Of a stretch of 30,659 nucleotides of DNA, positions 23,970-30,659 are shown piece after piece. The DNA is from Opitutia bacterium (lineage in GTDB: Bacteria > Verrucomicrobiota > Verrucomicrobiia > Opitutales > UBA953): assembly GCA_046095205.1 (NCBI GenBank), contig JBJTIX010000056.1, positions 1 to 30,659 of the forward strand, in the 5' to 3' direction. A program made the position numbers and the translations under genes. The notes beneath the pieces are model-generated. The model saw nothing but the letters and a program-made list of their open reading frames with translations, had not been told where the DNA came from and made no database searches. Each line of letters starts with the position of its first letter. Within the stretch, counting starts at the first letter, position 1.

Positions 23970-24850
23970 TCGTCCTCCTCATCGTCCGGCGCCGGGTCGA
24001 TCTCGCTCTTCTTCAGCAGGAAGAAGTGCCGCACCACGCTCCAGACGATGTAGCCGAGGAAAAGCGCCGGGAAGCTGTATTCGGGGTAGCGGATGACCGC
24101 GGCCCCGACCAGGACGATGAGGATGAACACCCGCGTGCGGGCCCGGGCGGTCCAGTCCAGCTTCTTGAAGCTGGGGAACCGCACGTTGCTGATCATCAGG
24201 TAGGAGATGACCAGCATCAGGGGGAGCAGGCTCCAGGTCCAGGCCTCGGCCTTCTGGTCGAAGGGGTTGCCGGTGAGGTCGCGGCGGATGAACGCGCTGA
24301 GGATGAGCACCAGGGAGGCCATCATGCCGGCGGCCGCGGGAGAAGGCAGGCCGACGAAGTCTCCGCCCGCCGCGCGCTTCTCATTCCCGGGAACGAGGGG
24401 GTTGGTGAGCACGTTGAAGCGGGCCAGACGAACGCCGACGCAGAGCAGGTAGACGAAGGCCAGGAGCCAGGTGGCGAGCTGCACGTTGTCGCCCGCCCCG
24501 GGGCGGATGATGAGGAAGCACGCCATCAGGGCCGGTGCCACGCCGAACGAGACCGTGTCGGCGATGGAGTCGAATTCCGCCCCGAAGAGCGATTCGCGAC
24601 CGGTGGCCCTGGCCACCCGGCCGTCAAAGAGGTCGCAGATGCACGCGAAGAGGATGAACCAGACCGCCCAGAGGTAGTGGTCCGCCTGCACCGCGTTGTC
24701 CGTGCCGCTGGCGAACCTGGCCTCGATCAGGTTCTTGATCGAGAGGAACCCGCACAGCATGTTGCCCGCCGTGAAGAGGTTGGGCAGCAGGTAGATGCGT
24801 GCCGCCTGTTCGGGCGTGGAATAGCGGCCTTTTTCGGGGTGATTTGACAC
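23954..24850 (-). CDS. pssA: CDP-diacylglycerol--serine O-phosphatidyltransferase (CDP-alcohol phosphatidyltransferase)
   Basis: LLPNLFTAGNM, CDLFDGRVARATGRESLFGAEFDSIADTVSFGVAPA, RLARFN, FVGLPSP, LMISNVRFPSFK; GTG start. Confidence 0.93.
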   Translation of the reverse strand: MSNHPEKGRYSTPEQAARIYLLPNLFTAGNMLCGFLSIKNLIEARFASGTDNAVQADHYLWAVWFILFACICDLFDGRVARATGRESLFGAEFDSIADTVSFGVAPALMACFLIIRPGAGDNVQLATWLLAFVYLLCVGVRLARFNVLTNPLVPGNEKRAAGGDFVGLPSPAAAGMMASLVLILSAFIRRDLTGNPFDQKAEAWTWSLLPLMLVISYLMISNVRFPSFKKLDWTARARTRVFILIVLVGAAVIRYPEYSFPALFLGYIVWSVVRHFFLLKKSEIDPAPDDEEDEVETL

Positions 24851-24852
24851 GG

Positions 24853-25206
24853 TCAGCGCTTGGGGTCGTCGAGGTATTTCCAGAAGCCGCGCTCCTGTTC
24901 GATGCGCGCCTCGTCGTCGCCGAAGGGCAGGTGCGAACGGAACGCGAAGTCGGCGAAGGTATGCCGGTGCAGCACGTAATGGGCCATGAGGGCGCCTTCG
25001 GTGGCCTCGAAGTAGATGCGGTATTCGCCGACGCGGAGGCGGTGAAAGGTGTGCCCTTCCCTTCTCACCGAGCCGAGGTCGGAGCGTCCTTCAAGCATGT
25101 CCTCGGGGGTCAGATTGGAAAAGGCCTCGACGACCTCGAGCTGTTCGAGCGTCGGAAGCTTGGCGAGGACGCCCATCGCCTGGTCGCTGAAATTGACCTG
25201 ATACAT
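24853..25206 (-). CDS. RelE/ParE-superfamily protein with C-terminal extension (alternative start ATG 25248)
   Basis: MYQVNFSDQA..., FHRLRVGEYRIYF, VLHR; matches the RelE/StbE YRLRVGDYRI pattern. Confidence 0.75.
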   Translation of the reverse strand: MYQVNFSDQAMGVLAKLPTLEQLEVVEAFSNLTPEDMLEGRSDLGSVRREGHTFHRLRVGEYRIYFEATEGALMAHYVLHRHTFADFAFRSHLPFGDDEARIEQERGFWKYLDDPKR

Positions 25207-25248
25207 CCGGTGGGAAGCAAACGCGCGCGCGTCGGCATCGGCAACCAT

Positions 25249-25704
25249 TCAGTTGCCCGCAAGCCAGCGTTGGACGAGCAAATCGGCCCTTTTTTCGACC
25301 AGATTGAGCACGAGCTCGAAGCCGTCGGCTTCGCCGTAGTAGGGATCGGGCAGCTCCTCCTCGCCGAGGAGCAGCTGCAGTTTGTGCGCCTGCGACGAAG
25401 GTGCGCGGCGCCGCAGCGCCTCCAAGTTAGCATGGTCGGCCGCGAGGATGAGGTCGAACGAGACGAAGTCATCCGCGGTGACGCGGCGGGCGCGCAGGCC
25501 GGAAAGATCGTAACCGCGCCGCTTCGCATGTCGGACCGAGCGGGAGTCCGGCGGGTCGCCGATGTGGTAGCCTTCCGTGCCCGCCGAGTCGAAACGCACC
25601 TCGAGTCCGGCGCGGTGCGCCTTCACGCGCAGCACCTCCTCCGCTGTCGGCGAGCGGCAGATGTTGCCCATGCAGACGAGCAGGACTTTTCCGGGACGGC
25701 CCAC
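25249..25704 (-). CDS. Low-molecular-weight protein tyrosine phosphatase
   Basis: P-loop VCMGNICRSP, DSAGT, DLILA, acid loop DPYYG; GTG start. Confidence 0.95.
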   Translation of the reverse strand: MGRPGKVLLVCMGNICRSPTAEEVLRVKAHRAGLEVRFDSAGTEGYHIGDPPDSRSVRHAKRRGYDLSGLRARRVTADDFVSFDLILAADHANLEALRRRAPSSQAHKLQLLLGEEELPDPYYGEADGFELVLNLVEKRADLLVQRWLAGN

Positions 25705-25712
25705 CGGCGCCG

Positions 25713-26168
25713 TCAGACTTTGCCGCCGAAGCTCTGGTTGTCGTCGAGATCCAGGACGTCGAACCAGGCGGCGATGTCTTCGCGCTTGGCCCCGGCCGGG
25801 GTCGACGACTGGTATTCGGACATCCGGGCGCGACCGGCCACTGCGGTCGCCGAACGCCGTTCATGGAAGGTGCTGAAGGCGTCGATTTCGTGGGGGAGCC
25901 GGGGGGTCTTGGCGTTAGCCATGATCCACTTGAGCAGGTCTCCATCACCTAAACCACTGGCAATCTGAGACTTAAGTGCTTCCTGGTCGACGCCCAGGAA
26001 AGTCAGGACGTTCTGGTCGAGGGAGCAACCGTAGGTATATTCTCCGTTCTTACCCTTAAGGGTAGCCCGGCATTTATCGATCATGCGCGGGAGGATGACC
26101 AGGCCACCGAGTCGGCAGCGGGGGCTGCGAGGGGGGTGCTGGGTAAGGTCGTAGGGGTCGTAGGACAT
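25713..26168 (-). CDS. DUF5069-like protein of unknown function
   Basis: PRSPRCRLGGLVILPRMIDKCRA...GEYTYGCSLD...FLG, W-F-D-x-L-D-L-D-D tail; family recognised from memory. Confidence 0.75.
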   Translation of the reverse strand: MSYDPYDLTQHPPRSPRCRLGGLVILPRMIDKCRATLKGKNGEYTYGCSLDQNVLTFLGVDQEALKSQIASGLGDGDLLKWIMANAKTPRLPHEIDAFSTFHERRSATAVAGRARMSEYQSSTPAGAKREDIAAWFDVLDLDDNQSFGGKV

Positions 26169-26236
26169 GATTTCCGACCTTATCGGGGGTTTTTCTCGAA
26201 ATCAAGCCGTCCAGACGAGTTTCATGGTTTGCCAAA

Positions 26237-27094
26237 ATGTCCCACCTCGGCTTTTTTCGAGGGATGCTGAGTTTGGCGGCAGACCTGTCTGAGCACCCCC
26301 TGACCGGGGACGCATGGCTGCTTTGCGGGGTGCTTTTTCTCCTGGGTGCGGCGTGGGATTTTGCCTCCCGTTTCGAGCCGCTCGGTTTTCGTCCCCCGCA
26401 GTCTGGGTCGGCTTGGATCATCCGGTTCGGATGGGTGCTGCTGACCGCCCTGCTCGCCCTTCAGGGTCTTCGTCGGCACGAGCTTCCCATCGGCACCGGC
26501 GCCGAGCTCCTGCTTACCATCGGGTGGGGGCTCGGGGCGGTCGCGCTTTTCCTCGACCTCACCTTTGAGCATCGCCTGCCCGCCTGGGCCATCGGCCTGG
26601 CCGTCGCCGCCTGCCTCTTCGCGGCCGGCTGGCTCGGGCTCGACGTGCGCCCGATTGTCGCGCAGGAGAAGCCGCTCATCGGCGTGCATGTCGGTGCCGC
26701 CGTTCTCGCCTACTGCGTCATCGGCGCGCTCGTGCTCAACTCCGCGGCCTACCTCCTGCAGGACCGGGCGCTGGCGCGGCGCAAGTTCGGCGGCATCTAT
26801 TCGCTGCTGCCCGCGCTCGTTCCCCTCGACCGCATCGGCAGCCAGCTGCTGGGCGCGGCCGTGTGGTTGCTCGGGCTTTCGCTCGTCATCGGAGCGGCCG
26901 ACTGGGCTCAGCGCGTCCCCGCGCTCGTCGGCGTTCCCAAGCTCGCGGCCGCCCTCGTCACCTGGGCCTGGTGCCTCATCATACTTGTGCGCCGCAGGCG
27001 CGGCACCCTTTCCGGCTCCGCCTTCGCGGCGGCCGCGCTGGGCGTGGCCGTTCCCGCGGCGATCGCCTTCTGGCTCTCCCTTCCCTCCCGATGA
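26237..27094 (+). CDS. CcsA/HemX-like membrane protein
   Basis: About 8 TMs, conserved His in IGVHVGAAVLAY, YLLQDRAL, LPALVPLD, PKL; the WGxxWxWDPK motif is degenerate; overlaps the hemA start. Confidence 0.75.
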   Translation: MSHLGFFRGMLSLAADLSEHPLTGDAWLLCGVLFLLGAAWDFASRFEPLGFRPPQSGSAWIIRFGWVLLTALLALQGLRRHELPIGTGAELLLTIGWGLGAVALFLDLTFEHRLPAWAIGLAVAACLFAAGWLGLDVRPIVAQEKPLIGVHVGAAVLAYCVIGALVLNSAAYLLQDRALARRKFGGIYSLLPALVPLDRIGSQLLGAAVWLLGLSLVIGAADWAQRVPALVGVPKLAAALVTWAWCLIILVRRRRGTLSGSAFAAAALGVAVPAAIAFWLSLPSR

Positions 27095-28128
27095 GCGCCG
27101 CCGCGAACCTCGTGGCGCTCAGCGCCACGCATCATACCGCCGGACTCGACGCGCGCGCCTCCTTCGCCGTCGGGCCGGAGGGCGTCGAGGCCTTCTATGC
27201 CGCGGTGCGCGGCGCGGGACTGCGCGAGGCCGTCCTGCTTTCCACCTGCAACCGTCTCGAGGCCTACGTGGTCGGCGACGAGGCGGTCGCGCTGCATGCG
27301 CGCGAGGCCCTGCTGCGCGCCTCTTCCGGCGGTTCCGCCGCCGTCGATCCGCACCTCCGCCCCATCCCCGGCCTCCAGGCCGTCGAGCACCTCTTCTCCG
27401 TGGTCGCGGGCCTTGACTCCCAGATGGTCGGCGAGGCGGAGGTCGCCGGCCAGGTGAAGGACGCCTATTCCGACGCCCTCGCGCGGGGCATGACCGGCCC
27501 CGTGCTCAACCGCCTCTTCCAGCGCGCCTTCCAGGCCGCGGCCTGGGCCCGCACGAACACCGGCATCTCGCAGGGCCAGGTCAGCCTGGGCAATGTGGCG
27601 GTCGACCTCGCCGCGCGCGTCTTCGGCGCGCTCGAGGACGCGCGCGTGCTCGTCCTCGGCACCGGCGAGGCCGGACGCAGCGTGGCCAAGGCGCTTGTCT
27701 CCCGCGGCGCCACCCAGGTCTCCGTCGCTTCGCGCACCTTCGAGAACGCCCGCGCCCTCGCCGAGGAGGTGGGCGGTTCGGCCCTGCTGCTCGCCGACGC
27801 CCTGCGCCAGGCCCATGCCCACGACGTCATCGTGGGCTGCGCCGCGGTGGAGCGGCCCATGATCGATGCCGATGCCGTGCGCGGCATGCTCGCGCGCCGG
27901 CAGGGCCGTCCGCTGCCGCTCGTCGACATGGGCGTCCCGCGCAACTTCGACGCCGCCGCGCGCGGCGCCGAAGGCGCCTACCTCTGCGACCTCGACGACC
28001 TCGCCGAAGTCGCCAACTCCAACCTCCGCGCCCGCCTGTCCGAGGTCGAGCGCGCCCGCATCGCCCTCGCCGAGAAGGCGGCCCGCGCCTGGTCGGCCGC
28101 CTCCCAGCGTCCGCAGGCCGGATCCTGA
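27091..28128 (+). CDS. hemA: Glutamyl-tRNA reductase (short, 345 aa)
   Basis: LSTCNRLEAY, HLFSVVAGLDSQMVGE, GQVKDAY, LGTGEAG, DMGVPRNF, DLDDL; start at 27091. Confidence 0.95.
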   Translation: MSAAANLVALSATHHTAGLDARASFAVGPEGVEAFYAAVRGAGLREAVLLSTCNRLEAYVVGDEAVALHAREALLRASSGGSAAVDPHLRPIPGLQAVEHLFSVVAGLDSQMVGEAEVAGQVKDAYSDALARGMTGPVLNRLFQRAFQAAAWARTNTGISQGQVSLGNVAVDLAARVFGALEDARVLVLGTGEAGRSVAKALVSRGATQVSVASRTFENARALAEEVGGSALLLADALRQAHAHDVIVGCAAVERPMIDADAVRGMLARRQGRPLPLVDMGVPRNFDAAARGAEGAYLCDLDDLAEVANSNLRARLSEVERARIALAEKAARAWSAASQRPQAGS

Positions 28129-28130
28129 CC

Positions 28131-29507
28131 ATGAAGCAGACCGTACTCATCGTCGACGACGAGAAGCACATCCGCGACGGCCTCCGGGCCGCCTTCGAGG
28201 AGAAGTATGAGACCTTCGTCGCCAAGGACGCCGCCGAGGCGGCCCGCATCATGCAGGACGTCCCGCCCGACGCGGTGCTGACGGACCTGCGCATGGCCGG
28301 CGAGGACGGCATGGCGGTCATCGACCGCGCGCTCCGGCTCCCCGGGCGTCCGGTCTGCATCATGCTGACGGCCTACGGCGACGTGGAGACGGCGGTGAAC
28401 GCGATGAGCCGGGGCGCCTACTGGTTCCTGCAGAAGCCGGTCGACCTGCGGCAGGTCGAGATCCTGCTCGAGCGCGGCCTCCGCGCCCGGTCCGCCGAGA
28501 AGGAGGTCGACGTCCTGCGCGCCCGTCTCGACCGCAAGTTCAGCCTCGGCGAGGCCATCGGCTCCGCCGCCGCCTTCCAGCGCGCGGTCGAGCAGGTGCG
28601 CACCGTCGCGCCTTCCAACGCCACCGTGTTGCTCCTCGGCGAGACCGGCACGGGCAAGGAGCTGTTCGCCCAGATGATCCACCAGGCCGGAGCCCGCTCC
28701 AAGGGCCCATTCGTGCCGGTCCACTGCGCCGCCATCCCCGCGAACCTCCTCGAGTCCGAGCTGTTCGGCCATGAGAAGGGCGCGTTCACCGGCGCCAACG
28801 AGCGGCGCATCGGCAGGTTCGAGGCGGCCGACGGCGGCACGCTCTTCCTGGACGAGATCGGCGAGATCGACGCGACCACGCAGGTCAAGCTGCTGCGCTT
28901 CCTTGAAACCCGCAGCGTCGAGCGCCTCGGGTCCCACCGTCCCGTCTCCCTCGACCTCCGCCTTGTCTGCGCGACGAACCGCGATCTCCAGCAGATGGTG
29001 AAGGAGGGCAAGTTCCGCGAGGACCTCTTCTACCGCCTGTCGGTGGTGCCGCTGCGCCTTCCCGCCCTGCGCGAGCGGAAGGACGACATCCCTCTCCTCC
29101 TAGCCCACTACCTCGAGCGCTTCGCCAAGGAGAACGGAATGCCCGCCGCCCGCCTTTCGCCCGAGGCCGAGGCCGTGCTGGTGCGCCACTCCTGGCCCGG
29201 CAACATCCGTGAGCTCCGCAACGCCTGCGAGAACCTGTCCGTCCTGCGGGCCGGCAAGGTCGTGGCCGCTTCGGACCTCGACCCGAGATTCTCGCAGGCG
29301 GCCCCGGCATCGGCCCCTTCCGCCCCCGCCGGCGTCCAGGTGCTGGACCGCACCCATAACGAGAAGCAGCTCCTCAAGCAGGCCCTGGCCGCCGCGGCCG
29401 GCAACCGCACCCGGGCCGCGGAGCTCATGGGGATCTCCCGCCGCACCCTGCACCGCAAGCTGCTCCAGTGGCCCGAGCTCGACCCCGGACCGGAGGCCGC
29501 ATCGTGA
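28131..29507 (+). CDS. Sigma-54-dependent response regulator (NtrC/AtoC family)
   Basis: Receiver (VDDE, LTDLRM, QKP), AAA+ ([40 protein letters not shown]), Fis-type HTH ([21 protein letters not shown]). Confidence 0.97.
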   Translation: MKQTVLIVDDEKHIRDGLRAAFEEKYETFVAKDAAEAARIMQDVPPDAVLTDLRMAGEDGMAVIDRALRLPGRPVCIMLTAYGDVETAVNAMSRGAYWFLQKPVDLRQVEILLERGLRARSAEKEVDVLRARLDRKFSLGEAIGSAAAFQRAVEQVRTVAPSNATVLLLGETGTGKELFAQMIHQAGARSKGPFVPVHCAAIPANLLESELFGHEKGAFTGANERRIGRFEAADGGTLFLDEIGEIDATTQVKLLRFLETRSVERLGSHRPVSLDLRLVCATNRDLQQMVKEGKFREDLFYRLSVVPLRLPALRERKDDIPLLLAHYLERFAKENGMPAARLSPEAEAVLVRHSWPGNIRELRNACENLSVLRAGKVVAASDLDPRFSQAAPASAPSAPAGVQVLDRTHNEKQLLKQALAAAAGNRTRAAELMGISRRTLHRKLLQWPELDPGPEAAS

Positions 29508-30337
29508 GGCCCCTGCTCGGCCTGCTGCTGGCGCTGCCGCTCGTCGCCGCAGAAATCGGCGGCAGCGACCTGTTCGCGCCTTTGACGGAAGGGGTCGTCA
29601 AGGCGGGAATCCGGGCGGACTTCGCCGGCACTCTGCCCGCCGCGCGCGCCTACGACGCCGGGCGGCTCTCGGCCGTGCTTCTGGCCGAACGTGCCGGCGG
29701 GCCCGCGGTGAAGGATGCGGCCGGTGATCCGCCCCCCTTCGCCCTCGCGTGCGCGGCGGCCGTCGTGGTCGTGCACCGCTCCAATCCCGTGGAGCAGATC
29801 TCCTTCGTGCAGCTCGCCGGTGCGTTCGCCCGCGATCAGCGTCTCGCCGTCGTCAACTGGAACGACCTGCCCGGCGGCAGATCCGAACTCGTCTACCCTG
29901 CCCTCTGCTCCGCCGAGGGTCAGCTTGTCCGTGAGCTGCTGTCGGGCGCCGTCTGCGCCGGCGCGCCTTTCCGTCCCGACGTCCGGATCGGACTCTCCCT
30001 TGATGCCGCCACGCAGCTCGCCGCGTCGCGGTCCGACGTGATGCTGGTCGTCGCGCATCCGCCCGCCGGCGTCGGGCGAGTTCTGGCGGTCTCCGACGGA
30101 CGCGAGGGCCGTCGTGCGTCCGCCTACCTGCCGACGCCGGAGAACGTGCATGCCGGAGACTACCCCTTCCGACTGCCCCTCGTGCTGCACGTCCGCAAGG
30201 AGCGCGTGCGAGAAATCCGCCCCGCTCTCGTCTGGATGTGTTCCGACGAGGCCGCCGCCATCCTCCGCGCCAAGGGTCTGCACCCGGCGCCGGCCGAGGC
30301 CCGCCGGCGCTGGTTGCTAAGGCTTGACACCTTCTGA
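29504..30337 (+). CDS. Secreted PstS-like periplasmic binding protein (divergent)
   Basis: GTG start overlapping the regulator stop; signal peptide [16 protein letters not shown]; VVVVHRSNPVEQISFVQL...NWNDLPGG and GDYPFRLPL resemble the PBP2 phosphate-binding fold. Confidence 0.65.
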   Translation: MRPLLGLLLALPLVAAEIGGSDLFAPLTEGVVKAGIRADFAGTLPAARAYDAGRLSAVLLAERAGGPAVKDAAGDPPPFALACAAAVVVVHRSNPVEQISFVQLAGAFARDQRLAVVNWNDLPGGRSELVYPALCSAEGQLVRELLSGAVCAGAPFRPDVRIGLSLDAATQLAASRSDVMLVVAHPPAGVGRVLAVSDGREGRRASAYLPTPENVHAGDYPFRLPLVLHVRKERVREIRPALVWMCSDEAAAILRAKGLHPAPAEARRRWLLRLDTF

Positions 30338-30352
30338 GCGCCTTGGTCTGCT
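30324..30352 (+). promoter_or_regulatory. Sigma70-type promoter for tRNA-Gly
   Basis: Perfect TTGACA (30324-30329), 17-nt spacer, TG-N extended -10 TCTGCT (30347-30352), 11 nt before the tRNA. Confidence 0.55.
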
Positions 30353-30363
30353 TCCCTTCCAGC

Positions 30364-30438
30364 GCGCACGTAGCTCAATGGTAGAGTACCACCTTGCCAA
30401 GGTGGCTGTTGCTGGTTCAAGTCCAGTCGTGCGCTCCA
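30364..30438 (+). tRNA. tRNA-Gly(GCC)
   Basis: Acceptor GCGCACG/CGTGCGC, D-arm GCTC/GAGT, anticodon arm CCACC-TTGCCAA-GGTGG, T-loop TTCAAGT, U73 discriminator, encoded CCA. Confidence 0.97.
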
Positions 30439-30453
30439 CTTTCCTTGGAGCAT

Positions 30454-30477
30454 AAACCCGCCCCCCGGCGGGTTTTT
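30454..30477 (+). terminator. Intrinsic terminator, probably bidirectional
   Basis: AAACCCGCC-CCCC-GGCGGGTTT-TT between the tRNA and the convergent kinase gene. Confidence 0.85.
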
Positions 30478-30481
30478 CCAT

Positions 30482-30659
30482 TCAGGGGGTATCCGCGGGA
30501 AGCGTCACCACGACCCTGAGCCCCTGGGGCTTGGCGGCTTCGGCCGCCACCCTTCCCCCGTGCAGCTCCGCCACCTGCCGCACGATGCTCAGCCCGAGCC
30601 CCGACCCGCCCGCCTTGCGGGAGCGATCCGTCCGGTAGAAGCGGTCGAACAGCCTGCCC
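30482..30659 (-). CDS. Sensor histidine kinase, C-terminal HATPase_c fragment (partial)
   Basis: Manual translation [37 protein letters not shown]...LRVVVTLP* (F and G2 boxes). Confidence 0.9.
   Translation of the reverse strand, partial: GRLFDRFYRTDRSRKAGGSGLGLSIVRQVAELHGGRVAAEAAKPQGLRVVVTLPADTP

Noticed and set aside
24844-24849. Perfect TTGACA antisense to the pssA start
   Set aside because: It is explained by the codons GTG TCA AAT; there is no -10 element at 16-18 nt.
7373-25704. Kinase-like protein and LMW-PTP as a kinase/phosphatase pair
   Set aside because: They are about 17 kb apart in different transcription units; nothing in the sequence links them.
238-30453. Many long alternative-frame and antisense ORFs in the track (e.g. 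238..1854+, 8504..10405+, 8469..10268-, 10388..12292-, 15315..17261+, 19491..21380-, 22570..24096+)
   Set aside because: They shadow well-supported genes. They are Arg/Gly/Ala/Pro-rich with no motifs, as expected from stop-codon scarcity at about 70% GC.
30364-30480. tRNA-Gly as an integration site or island boundary
   Set aside because: No integrase, no duplicated tRNA 3' end and no compositional break within the window; the sequence beyond 30659 is not visible.
30482-30659. The terminal histidine kinase as cognate partner of the NtrC-type regulator
   Set aside because: It is convergent and separated by the tRNA and terminator; its [16 protein letters not shown] boxes look like OmpR-partner kinases. 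There is no evidence of pairing.
1-30659. CRISPR arrays, IS elements, prophage, defence systems, riboswitches
   Set aside because: No regularly spaced repeats, transposase, integrase or phage motifs, or recognisable aptamer consensus seen; the intergenic spaces are mostly too short. An Rfam/cmscan run would be the definitive check for RNAs.

Overview
A high-GC (roughly 70%), densely packed housekeeping region of a bacterial chromosome. It is most likely Verrucomicrobiota/Opitutae; this is inferred from the short ATP synthase delta subunit, DUF5069, long-form PurF and the tyrA-aroA/cmk-plsC block. Left to right: 5' part of the F-type ATP synthase operon (atpB-E-F-H-A', minus strand), pdxH, rsmE, rsmD, an Fpg/Nei glycosylase, an aldo-keto reductase / Nudix / kinase-like hypothetical run, purF, a frameshifted Tat-exported NamZ(DUF1343)-like gene, purN-prmA-membrane protein, purE-purK, a stand-alone CapD/PglF-type dehydratase, a membrane-anchored helical-repeat protein with a degenerate FGE/SUMF1 domain, tyrA-(aroA-cmk fusion)-plsC, dnaN, a candidate oriC, a DUF5069 / LMW-PTP / orphan RelE-like / pssA run, hemX-like-hemA-NtrC-type regulator-PBP, tRNA-Gly(GCC) and the 3' end of a histidine kinase. 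No IS element, prophage or CRISPR array is visible. The best leads are (1) an oriC-like element with DnaA boxes, DnaA-trios and an AT-rich tract upstream of dnaN with no dnaA adjacent, (2) an unannotated protein with a PI3K/HipA-like kinase signature placed directly after a Nudix hydrolase and before purF, and (3) an antitoxin-less RelE-like gene embedded between a tyrosine phosphatase and pssA. I cannot show from sequence alone that any of these is a new system. All family assignments are motif recognition by eye, not database searches.
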